Virus record (IMG/VR): IMGVR_UViG_3300032334_001259
Location: 124,001-188,000 of that record
Reading direction: 5' to 3' (one strand)
DNA length: 64,000 nt
The number at the start of each line of letters is the position of its first letter. Position 1 is the first letter of the stretch. Both the position numbers and the translations under genes were made by a program. The notes below the pieces were generated by a model. That model did no database searches, was not told the DNA's origin, and saw nothing but the letters and a program-made list of their open reading frames with translations. Shown piece by piece: positions 25,632 through 34,038 of the stretch.

Positions 25632-27965
25632 TTATGCTACACGCACACTAGTGCGTTCAGTATGACTGCTGATATCATCAAGTAAACTTATCATGTCATC
25701 AAACTTGGAATTTAAAGCTGTAAGCAATTCATCACTCATATTTCTTGTATTCATTGCGGTTGGTATTTGTTCTTTAACTGTTTGTGCACTTTTTGCAGCA
25801 TCAGTTAATAATTCTGTTAAGTTTTCTGGTAATACTGCTTCTGTTCCGTGCAGCATCGCAAGGTATCCAGATTTTGGTCCAGAAGCAATTCCGCCATTGT
25901 CTAATGGTGGTAATCCGTAACTTCGACGTATATCATTAACCGCAGCATCACTGACGCTAGTCATACTTGCAGGTTGCTGATTTGGTTGTGTGTTATTACC
26001 ACTGTTCATGAACCAATCTGGCATATCAATTCTTGACCTTGTATCAGATTGTATTGCCTGTGTTCTTGCAAGCATATTTCGGTCAGATTGAGCCAACCGT
26101 TCACCCATTCTTCTTATTTCAGCCCTATTTTCATCTTCGCTTATATTACCAACAAAACCACCCGCACCAGTAATACCTGATTCAGTAAACTTTCTTATTA
26201 AACCAACAATTGCTTCGGTAACATTCTTAAATGCCCATGCAGTATTTTCTAAAACTTTACTATCAAGCATTGTTTCTTGAATTTGTTTAGCCATATCACG
26301 ACCAGCATTTGCTGCTAATATTAATTGTGTATCAAGTTGTGCTGAAGTAGCTTTTTGTTTTTCTACTGCTTGTTCAGCTGCGGTTATTGATTCTTGCGTT
26401 ACACGATTTCTTTCTTGTAGTTCACCCTTATACGCTTCTCTTAAATCTTGGACTAATCCAGTAACACCAGCCATACCAGCACGAGCTAAATCAGTGCTTG
26501 CGATTATGTCTGCTTTCATGGCACTACCCAAATCAGCATTTATTCTTCGCATACTTGCGCCATCTAACGTGCCGTCTTGAAAATTTTGCATTGCACGATT
26601 AATACTTTCACCAAAACCAGCCATATTAGACATCATATATGCACTTGCTGGTGTAATTGCTTGCCCAAATACCACAGTTTCCATGAATGCTTTACGTTGT
26701 GCAACACTCATATTCTCCATTGCGGCGATGGTGCCTAAACGTGTTTTCTCATCCATGCCAGCAAGTTTCTGCTGAAAGGCAACTTCGTTTGTTTGATCAC
26801 GAACTTCTTGTTCACGGCGTTTTGCATCTTCACCAGTAATAGCACTTATAATGCGTAAATTCTCTGCATACTTGGATGTTTGCTGTGCAACTTCTTCATT
26901 ACTACTTGTAAGACTGCCACCACTTTGACGCATTAAACCCATAGTATCAGCAATTAAACCTGCTTGTTCTCTAAATGTAAATCCAAGTTTTTGTAACTCA
27001 AGACTTACACCACTTTTACGCATGGTAGTTCCAACATCACCCATACGTTTAGCGGCTTCAGTACTGCTTATACCCAACAATGATAAATTTTGTGTGTTTG
27101 CTTTAACAACTTCTGCAAATTCAGGTAGTGTCAAGTTTAATGCTAAACCAGCGTTAGCCATATCACGTATACCACCCGCAAATACTAAACCTGCACTATT
27201 GATTAAATTAAAATTAGTATAAAGTTTATCTAATTCACTTGTTAATATCGGAATTGCAGTTTGTGCCAGTTTATCTGCGGCTTCACTTGCACTATTAAGA
27301 AAAATTCCCAATCCTTTTGCCGCTATACCAACACCAGCAGTAATAATGCCACCTATACCAGCACCCAATGCTGCAACAACTGGTGCCGCCGCCATTGCCG
27401 CATCACCAAATGTAGATAAAGCATTACCAGCTACACTTGTTGTTTTAAACAATACGCTTGCCGCCGCCGCTGTAGTAGTGCCAGCCATTCTTATGTCAGT
27501 TTCACCACCTTGATATGCTTTTACAAGTGATAATGAATTTGTATAAAGTGAACTTAAAATTGTTGTTCCGCCTTGTATTGCACCATTAAACTTTACAAGT
27601 TGTGAGTTTAATGACATTACAACGTTATTTGCATAACCTTGATTACGAATATACAAATCAAATTTTGCTTTAAACTCTGGCGGAACTACTTCTTTAACTC
27701 TATCATTAAGTGCTTGTAATTGTAACTGTGTTTCACGTGCAGTCAATCTGCCTTTGCGTTGTTCAGACAGTATTTGCTGTTCTTCACGTTGACGTTCACG
27801 CATTAAACGTTTATAAGATTCATTAGTATCTTTTGTAGTTTTATTAGTTTCTGTTAATTTTAATTTCAATGCTTCTGTAGCAAGATCTAATCCGCTGAAC
27901 TTTGTTGTTACATTTTTAAGTGCTTCATTAAAAGCAGCTAATTCGGCATCGCTTATTTCAGCCAT
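25632..27965 (-). CDS. Tape-measure-like protein (777 aa)
   Basis: Ala-rich helical protein with a central hydrophobic stretch; C-terminal GGIASGPKSGY..LHGTEAVLP motif; next to the chaperone-like gene. Confidence 0.7.
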   Translation of the reverse strand: MAEISDAELAAFNEALKNVTTKFSGLDLATEALKLKLTETNKTTKDTNESYKRLMRERQREEQQILSEQRKGRLTARETQLQLQALNDRVKEVVPPEFKAKFDLYIRNQGYANNVVMSLNSQLVKFNGAIQGGTTILSSLYTNSLSLVKAYQGGETDIRMAGTTTAAAASVLFKTTSVAGNALSTFGDAAMAAAPVVAALGAGIGGIITAGVGIAAKGLGIFLNSASEAADKLAQTAIPILTSELDKLYTNFNLINSAGLVFAGGIRDMANAGLALNLTLPEFAEVVKANTQNLSLLGISSTEAAKRMGDVGTTMRKSGVSLELQKLGFTFREQAGLIADTMGLMRQSGGSLTSSNEEVAQQTSKYAENLRIISAITGEDAKRREQEVRDQTNEVAFQQKLAGMDEKTRLGTIAAMENMSVAQRKAFMETVVFGQAITPASAYMMSNMAGFGESINRAMQNFQDGTLDGASMRRINADLGSAMKADIIASTDLARAGMAGVTGLVQDLREAYKGELQERNRVTQESITAAEQAVEKQKATSAQLDTQLILAANAGRDMAKQIQETMLDSKVLENTAWAFKNVTEAIVGLIRKFTESGITGAGGFVGNISEDENRAEIRRMGERLAQSDRNMLARTQAIQSDTRSRIDMPDWFMNSGNNTQPNQQPASMTSVSDAAVNDIRRSYGLPPLDNGGIASGPKSGYLAMLHGTEAVLPENLTELLTDAAKSAQTVKEQIPTAMNTRNMSDELLTALNSKFDDMISLLDDISSHTERTSVRVA

Positions 27966-27992
27966 TAAATTTCATCCATTTTTTTCTAACTG

Positions 27993-28018
27993 TAAATAAT
28001 ACTGTCAATTATTATTTA
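27993..28018. promoter_or_regulatory. Face-to-face late promoters (TAAATA plus 27993-27998; minus 28013-28018)
   Basis: One motif on each strand in the 66-bp gap between divergent genes. Confidence 0.6.
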
Positions 28019-28031
28019 TGGAACTCAAAAA

Positions 28032-28874
28032 ATGCAAAATTCAAATCCACTTGCTAAACATTTTCGTCAGCCAGCAGTATTTCTTAAACTGCCTAGTGGT
28101 GGAAAATATTGGGCACCAGATAGTTTAGACCTTCCACCAAATGGTGAAGTAGGTATTATGCCAATGACAGCCAAGGATGAAATACTATTACGCACACCAG
28201 ATGCACTTATGAATGGTCAAGGTGTAGTAAATGTAATACAAAGCTGTGTGCCTGCTATTAAAAATGCTTGGGCAATGCCAACTATAGATGTTGATGCACT
28301 TCTTATTGCTATACGTATTGCAACTTATGGTGAAACCATGGAAATGGATAGTAAATGTCCTAAATGTGAAGCAGAAAGCCGCCATGGATTAGATTTAAGT
28401 AGAGTTCTATTTGGCGTTAGAGCACCAAATTATAATCAAATTGTAGAAATAGATGGATTAAAGATTAAGTTTAAACCACTTAACTATGTGCAAAGCACTA
28501 AAAATAACATTGCTGGATTCGAAGAACAAAAGATTATACAGTTATTAAACAATGAAAACATTGATCCAGATACACGCAAAGCACAGTTTGATATGCATCT
28601 ACAAAATATTATCAAAAGTAATATAACTTTGTTGAGTGGTGCCACAGAAAGTATTACTACTGAAGACGGAACTATTGTTACTAATCCAGAGTTTATATCA
28701 CAATTCTACGATAATACTAACAACCATATTATTAAAACTGTTCAAGCAAAATTAAGAGAATTTGCTGATACAGCACAATTACCACCTACACGTGTGCAAT
28801 GTGAAGCATGTGATAACGAATATAATGTTAATGTAACTTTTGATTACGCAAATTTTTTCGAGCCACTATCTTAA
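28032..28874 (+). CDS. gp26: Baseplate hub assembly/tail chaperone (gp26-like)
   Basis: LPSGG, PMTAKDE, D.DALLIAIR..TYGE, two CxxC pairs, NFF near the C-terminus. Confidence 0.8.
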   Translation: MQNSNPLAKHFRQPAVFLKLPSGGKYWAPDSLDLPPNGEVGIMPMTAKDEILLRTPDALMNGQGVVNVIQSCVPAIKNAWAMPTIDVDALLIAIRIATYGETMEMDSKCPKCEAESRHGLDLSRVLFGVRAPNYNQIVEIDGLKIKFKPLNYVQSTKNNIAGFEEQKIIQLLNNENIDPDTRKAQFDMHLQNIIKSNITLLSGATESITTEDGTIVTNPEFISQFYDNTNNHIIKTVQAKLREFADTAQLPPTRVQCEACDNEYNVNVTFDYANFFEPLS

Positions 28875-29089
28875 CTCTCACCCAAGAAGAATTATTGAAG
28901 TTAGTGGCGGATTATGAGGGTGAAGTAAAGAGTATTAAAAAGAATATTCTTAAAATGTGTTGGTATATGCGTGGTGGTGTCACTTATGACGAACTCATGG
29001 ATATGAGCGTAACTGAACGTAACATTATCGGTAGCATTATTGAAGAAAACTTGGAAACTACTAAAAAGTCAGGTATGGCTTTCTTCTGA
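28853..29089 (+). CDS. gp51: gp51-like segment, probably made as a -1 frameshift extension of gp26
   Basis: Frame open from 28844 with no ATG/RBS at its 5' end; slippery T TTT TTC at 28853-28859; WYMRGG..Y.E...MS..ER motif. Confidence 0.65.
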   Translation, partial: FFRATILTLTQEELLKLVADYEGEVKSIKKNILKMCWYMRGGVTYDELMDMSVTERNIIGSIIEENLETTKKSGMAFF

Positions 29090-29098
29090 TCAGTTTTA

Positions 29099-29520
29099 AG
29101 ATGCCTACGGCATCTGTTCAGGGACTATCGTCCCTTCACTTTCTTTCTTTCTTTCATTTCTCTTCTAAGATTTAATATTAGTTTCATTTAGACTGGATTT
29201 TGGACATAGATTTCCTTAAGCAGGAAATCCATATCCAAACAGCTTCATTTGAGCTATCATAAGGACATTAGCAAACGGAACTTGAAACCAAGTGGGGCGG
29301 TTAGCCTGTACCCCTTCACATCCTGTAGATTTTACCAACGGACCTACTATAAACCCTTGCTAACGAACTTATATTAGTAGAGGTTGCTTTTTCTCAGAGC
29401 CTCAATCATTTAGCCTAACGTTTGGCCAAACGATTCCATCATAGCAATGTCGGGGTGCTACCAACCTTCAGTTAATACCTATTTGTGGATATGCTGCCTA
29501 AATTGCCTGTGAGCCAAAGG
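29099..29520 (-). ncRNA. Candidate large structured ncRNA of unknown family
   Basis: 463-bp gap with no ORF of 60 aa or more; several helices whose non-Watson-Crick pairs are G-U only on the minus strand; possible pseudoknot. Confidence 0.65.
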
Positions 29521-29552
29521 TGAGTTATAATCTATATATCGTAAAATTAAAA

Positions 29553-30110
29553 TTACCAGAGATTTTCTTCAAAGCCTAATTGTATTGCTATTCGTGTTTC
29601 TGGAATGTTTTCTACACTGTGTGGTACAAAAGCATTCAACAGTGTCCATTTATACAATGGAACTACAATACTGTCAATTTCTTTTACCTGGTCATACTCT
29701 AATTGTAGCCCACGTGAAAGATTAATAGAACTGTCAATTGCCTCGTAAAAAACAGTTCTATGATGTTCTCCGCCTGTTTGTATCAAATACATTAGTGTGT
29801 ATTTTCTTGTTCTGTCAATATGCGGAGCAACCATACTACCCCGCACTACTGTTGTTTGAGCCAAACTACAGCCATTAAACTTATCACTTATATTAGTTTT
29901 AATCCAATCAAATAGCTGTGGATGCAGTGATTGTTTATGAAATCTTTTGTTTTGCTCCTCTATATCATTACGAACTATAGTTCTGTCCATGTATGGTATA
30001 GTTGGATTTTGAACATAAGGATCAAATATATCTTGCGAAGTATAATTTAAAGTTAGATCAATTAACTGTGTTGGAACACTTGGTAAATTGTCTAATATCT
30101 TGTAATGCAT
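29553..30110 (-). CDS. Fe(II)/2OG-oxygenase-like (double-stranded beta-helix) protein
   Basis: HxD (PHID), distal His (PHSVEN) and Arg (TRIAI). Confidence 0.65.
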   Translation of the reverse strand: MHYKILDNLPSVPTQLIDLTLNYTSQDIFDPYVQNPTIPYMDRTIVRNDIEEQNKRFHKQSLHPQLFDWIKTNISDKFNGCSLAQTTVVRGSMVAPHIDRTRKYTLMYLIQTGGEHHRTVFYEAIDSSINLSRGLQLEYDQVKEIDSIVVPLYKWTLLNAFVPHSVENIPETRIAIQLGFEENLW

Positions 30111-30964
30111 TACTCACCCCTAATACTTTTAATAATTTTTATAAATTTGTTTTCACTTGTAATTTCTATTCTACCAAATTCATTAACAAAATCTTTCCAA
30201 GATTGGTTATTACGAATTGTCTTGATTTGATTGTTTATATTTTGAATTTGTTCTTGAGATAAGTTGGCACCAACTAAAACTATACTATCTTGCAATAGTG
30301 GTAGATCCACAGCCTTTGGTAGCAATTTATATACGCTTGGTATTGTGACACCATCTTTAACAATATCACTTTCACTACCACTAAACAAACAATTTACTTT
30401 GTCTAAATTTTTACCTAACCATTCACTATCAACAAGAGTATAATCAAATTCATTGCCTAGAATTACTTCTCTAGCCTTACCACTATTGCCTACAATTACA
30501 ATATTTGCACTGTCTCCATTAGGAAACGCACCTATGATTTTTTGAATTATATTATTGCTTGCTGTGGTAATTGCAATGTTTTTGCGAGTAGTCTTATCTA
30601 AGAAATTCTGCATTCCTAAATTAGTTTTATCTTTGCGATAACAAAGACTGTAACTATAATAGTATAGTTCTTGGATCACTTTAACATTATCACTATATGT
30701 TAGTTTACAAGCATCATCAACTACACCCCAACTACCTGTAAGATAAACTAATGGTTGTTTTTCATTCTCAATTGCATTTTTAACAACTGCACAATTTGGT
30801 AGAGCATTTATGGTATTTTTGATACCAGATTTTTCCTGTATTTCTTGTAGTATTGTTGCAGTTTTACCAGTAACTCCACCTGGTGGAACGCCAACTGTAA
30901 TATCAAAAGCATATGCATTTGATGCAAATAAAACTGCAAATAATGTTGTAATATATCGTATCAT
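30110..30964 (-). CDS. TctC/Bug-like periplasmic substrate-binding protein (divergent)
   Basis: AAGGAG RBS supports ATG 30964; signal peptide ending NAYA; VGVPPGGVT resembles TctC P..PGG.TD; follows tctA. Confidence 0.6.
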   Translation of the reverse strand: MIRYITTLFAVLFASNAYAFDITVGVPPGGVTGKTATILQEIQEKSGIKNTINALPNCAVVKNAIENEKQPLVYLTGSWGVVDDACKLTYSDNVKVIQELYYYSYSLCYRKDKTNLGMQNFLDKTTRKNIAITTASNNIIQKIIGAFPNGDSANIVIVGNSGKAREVILGNEFDYTLVDSEWLGKNLDKVNCLFSGSESDIVKDGVTIPSVYKLLPKAVDLPLLQDSIVLVGANLSQEQIQNINNQIKTIRNNQSWKDFVNEFGRIEITSENKFIKIIKSIRGE

Positions 30965-30974
30965 TCTATTCTCC

Positions 30975-32276
30975 TTAAAAATATAAATTATACACAATGT
31001 GTATAACTGAATCAAATTGTTGCGCCAGCAAAAACCCTAATACTAGTGGTAATAAGTCATGTCGTCGTAACAAAAACCCAATCGGTGCAAAAATTGCACT
31101 ACAAATCAAATAAAAAGAAAGTTGATTTGTATTATACCCCATTTGAAATACTGCAAATAATAACAAAACTATACTTAAAGTATTAAAAAGTCTTAATCTT
31201 TTAACCATTGCTTTAACTAAACTTGCAGCAAGCGGCCAACTGCAAACAAACCCAATTATATTTGCGAATCCAAAAATAGCAAATATCCACCAAAAATTAT
31301 TAACCAACCAATCATAACTGTAATTTAAACCACGAGTAGATGTAATATCATATAGTAGATATTCACTTGCATTTATTGGTATCGCAAAACAAAACAATGG
31401 AATAAAACTAGCAACCAATCCACTGTTATGTGCACTATCACTAGAAACCAAACCACGTATATCACCATCTTTGTTATATGTTTTACGATTAACAAACTTT
31501 TCAACAGCCCATGCAAAATTACTGCTAATAGTAATACCCAACGAAGGTATAAAACCACAAACAAAACCAATTATACTACCTCGCATAAAAGTATAAGGAT
31601 TTATATCAATAATGTATTTTTTGCTTTTTATGTTAACTAGATTTTTGATTTGTGCTGATGACGATAACATCATGGGTAAACTATATAGAAACACTAATAT
31701 AATAATAGTAGGTATACCGCCATATAGATAAGGAATATCAAAGGTGGCGAATTGTTGTTTTGTTACTGGATCATACCCTACTTTACCTATAAAATAACCA
31801 CTTACCAAAAATACCGCAGATAATAATATATTTTTACTAGTGAATATAGTAATAAGGTAAGTTAACAATAATATACAAAACTGTAGTTTGAAATTGTATA
31901 AAACAGAGTAATTGTTACCTATCCAAAAAATGCTACAAGCTAATATGACTGCTACAATACTACCTAAAAAACTTGCCATAGCGCCACTGCCTAATGCAGT
32001 ATTAGCTTGACCACGTAGTGTTAACGCATATCCTTCTTTGACACTTGGTAAACTAGTAGTTTCAGTTGGTATACCAAGTATTGTTGCACTAGCACCACCA
32101 AAATACTGTGTACATGTAACCATACCAATATAAAAACTTAAAACATTATGTGGGTCTAAATCAATTAATAGTGGATAAAACAATACCATAGCCAAACTGT
32201 TATGTAAGCCAGGCATAATTCCAACAAATAAACCAGTTGCGCACCCTAATAATGCAAAAAGTATTATTTCACTCAC
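30975..32276 (-). CDS. tctA: Tripartite tricarboxylate transporter large subunit TctA
   Basis: GIMPG, YFGG..ATILGIP..T.S....EGY, GFIPSLG, SDSAHNSG..FIPL..AIP; many transmembrane segments. Confidence 0.88.
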   Translation of the reverse strand: MSEIILFALLGCATGLFVGIMPGLHNSLAMVLFYPLLIDLDPHNVLSFYIGMVTCTQYFGGASATILGIPTETTSLPSVKEGYALTLRGQANTALGSGAMASFLGSIVAVILACSIFWIGNNYSVLYNFKLQFCILLLTYLITIFTSKNILLSAVFLVSGYFIGKVGYDPVTKQQFATFDIPYLYGGIPTIIILVFLYSLPMMLSSSAQIKNLVNIKSKKYIIDINPYTFMRGSIIGFVCGFIPSLGITISSNFAWAVEKFVNRKTYNKDGDIRGLVSSDSAHNSGLVASFIPLFCFAIPINASEYLLYDITSTRGLNYSYDWLVNNFWWIFAIFGFANIIGFVCSWPLAASLVKAMVKRLRLFNTLSIVLLLFAVFQMGYNTNQLSFYLICSAIFAPIGFLLRRHDLLPLVLGFLLAQQFDSVIHIVYNLYF

Positions 32277-33366
32277 CTAACAAATACCTTTTGCTCCATG
32301 TTCCAACTAAACCGTTGTGTATATTGTTTCCATTTATAAAATATGGATCAACATTATTTGAAATCCATTCTAAACCTGTAAAATATTCCGTAGCAAAATC
32401 ACTGTTACTATCCCATATCCACCGATTCTTTTCTTTTAATATTGATTTTTCTTTTCCTAAACTAAAAGTTTTATCACTCCAATATGGATAACATGCGGCA
32501 CGTACCGCAGAAAAATATTCGCCACCATTGAAATTACCATCATTATTGAAGTTTTTTTCTATAAATTCAAGTGTATAAGTTTTATTAATATAATTTTTCA
32601 CTAAGTGTGATTGTTTTATTGTTACTAATGGCGAGTCAGGACTTACATAAAAAGGTTCTAAACTTATTGGTGATATTGAATTATAACTATTTCCAAAATT
32701 ATAAGCATTAGTTACATCTAAAAAAGCACTATACCAAACACCATTTTCAAACCAAATTCGTGGTTTTTCTAATCCAATTATTACACCTACTTTATTTTTT
32801 TCACTCTTCTTTAACCAATCACTATTTTCAAAAATTAATTTTGGTTTACATAGTTGTTCTAGTGATAGTGATGGTTCACTTGTCATAAACCACTCTATAT
32901 TTGGCATTATACCTTTTTCAAATTGTGGTTTCATATCCATTTTTGAAACTTTTATACCATTAATGATAATGATTGAGTTAAGCAATTCACTACCAGCATT
33001 TAAAACTTCACTGTTTGCTAAATTGTTTTGTAAATCATAACTGCTATACCAATAAGCAACTTCATCTATTTTAATATTATTTTTGAGAAATACTTTAAGT
33101 GCATTACTGCTATCGCTGCCACCGCTATAAAGTAAAATAAGATAATCATACTTTTGACGCAGCTGTAATGCTCGTTCCATGTATAAATCTTCAATATTTG
33201 ATTGCGGTTCATTTTTCCAATCATGACTACCAAAAATATTATCATGGTAATAAAAACGTATATCATAGCTGTTTCGTGATTGCGCCTCTATAATAGTCTG
33301 TAGTTTGTTATAATAAATGTGTTGATTGTCTAACAACCAATGACCAAACTGTGCTGCATTACTCAT
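32269..33366 (-). CDS. PP-loop (adenine nucleotide alpha-hydrolase-like) ATPase, unknown substrate
   Basis: LLYSGGSDS PP-loop; start placed at ATG 33366 just after a -10 box. Confidence 0.75.
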   Translation of the reverse strand: MSNAAQFGHWLLDNQHIYYNKLQTIIEAQSRNSYDIRFYYHDNIFGSHDWKNEPQSNIEDLYMERALQLRQKYDYLILLYSGGSDSSNALKVFLKNNIKIDEVAYWYSSYDLQNNLANSEVLNAGSELLNSIIIINGIKVSKMDMKPQFEKGIMPNIEWFMTSEPSLSLEQLCKPKLIFENSDWLKKSEKNKVGVIIGLEKPRIWFENGVWYSAFLDVTNAYNFGNSYNSISPISLEPFYVSPDSPLVTIKQSHLVKNYINKTYTLEFIEKNFNNDGNFNGGEYFSAVRAACYPYWSDKTFSLGKEKSILKEKNRWIWDSNSDFATEYFTGLEWISNNVDPYFINGNNIHNGLVGTWSKRYLLGE

Positions 33367-33371
33367 AAAAA

Positions 33372-33400
33372 ACCTTAACAAAAAAATATATATAAGTCAA
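33372..33400 (-). promoter_or_regulatory. Sigma70-like promoter, leaderless geometry
   Basis: TTGACT-N17-TAAGGT-N5-ATG. Confidence 0.65.
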
Positions 33401-33409
33401 TTTTTGTTA

Positions 33410-33510
33410 GCAGTTTACTGCATACAGCACGGCGTCTCTTGGCTCTAACCAGATAAAAGGATCACTATCCTTTGCGTCGTTTTTATTGCTGACGCCACTA
33501 TGTGGCGTTA
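33410..33510. other. GC-richer structured intergenic element (candidate small RNA)
   Basis: Hairpins at 33410-33421, 33456-33473 and 33492-33508 plus an enclosing stem; TAAATA (minus) at 33517-33522. Confidence 0.45.
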
Positions 33511-33522
33511 CGAAATTATTTA

Positions 33523-34038
33523 TTATGCACAAGCAAGTGCTACAAAATCTTTATTCAATGACCAAAAACGATCATAATCCATAATTGCCCAACGAATATC
33601 TTTATACTGATATAGCATATGATATTCTACAAACAGCGGCACATCATAATGTTGGTCAAATTCCAATGCTACAAACTTGCCTTTACGGTTAAACTTCATA
33701 AACAATATATTAAAGTCACCTTCATCAGCAACATCCATAAGCTGATCTATCCAACCATCTAATTGTTTACAACTACCGCTGAATAGTTGATGAAATGGAA
33801 AGTCACCATAGTTTTTACATTCGCAATTAAACTTTGGAAAACTTTGCCCAGGTATAATATCACCTTTGAATGATCTTATTTGACCTTCATGTAATATTTC
33901 TTTACGTTTTGTATTAGCACCGCCAATATAAGCACCACTATTAGGAACACGGATAAATGGTTCACCATATAATTCTGTTAGGTGTTTGGCAACTTCACGT
34001 TCCCAACTATTGCCTTTTGTTTTACTTTTACTGGTCAT
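33523..34038 (-). CDS. Holliday junction resolvase-like PD-(D/E)XK nuclease
   Basis: SK.KG..WERE, RVPNSGA, GDII, ECK; ATGA overlap with gp46. Confidence 0.8.
   Translation of the reverse strand: MTSKSKTKGNSWEREVAKHLTELYGEPFIRVPNSGAYIGGANTKRKEILHEGQIRSFKGDIIPGQSFPKFNCECKNYGDFPFHQLFSGSCKQLDGWIDQLMDVADEGDFNILFMKFNRKGKFVALEFDQHYDVPLFVEYHMLYQYKDIRWAIMDYDRFWSLNKDFVALACA

Noticed and set aside
29167-29520. Group I intron, RNase P RNA or tmRNA identity for the structured region
   Set aside because: No interrupted gene, no recognisable P7 pair, no GAGGAAAGUCC and no T-arm/CCA end. An Rfam scan is still needed.
33455-33515. c-di-GMP-I riboswitch (GACGCAAAG, minus) or hammerhead (CTGA...GAAA, plus)
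   Set aside because: The GCAAAC/GNRA P2 elements are missing, and CTGACGC does not fit CUGANGA.
33407-33532. 41-codon minus-strand frame (TTG...DPFIWLEPRDAVLYAVNC) as a RiPP precursor or tmRNA tag
   Set aside because: No ATG or RBS, it overlaps the resolvase stop and putative promoter, and there is no tRNA-like domain or Ala-Ala tag ending.
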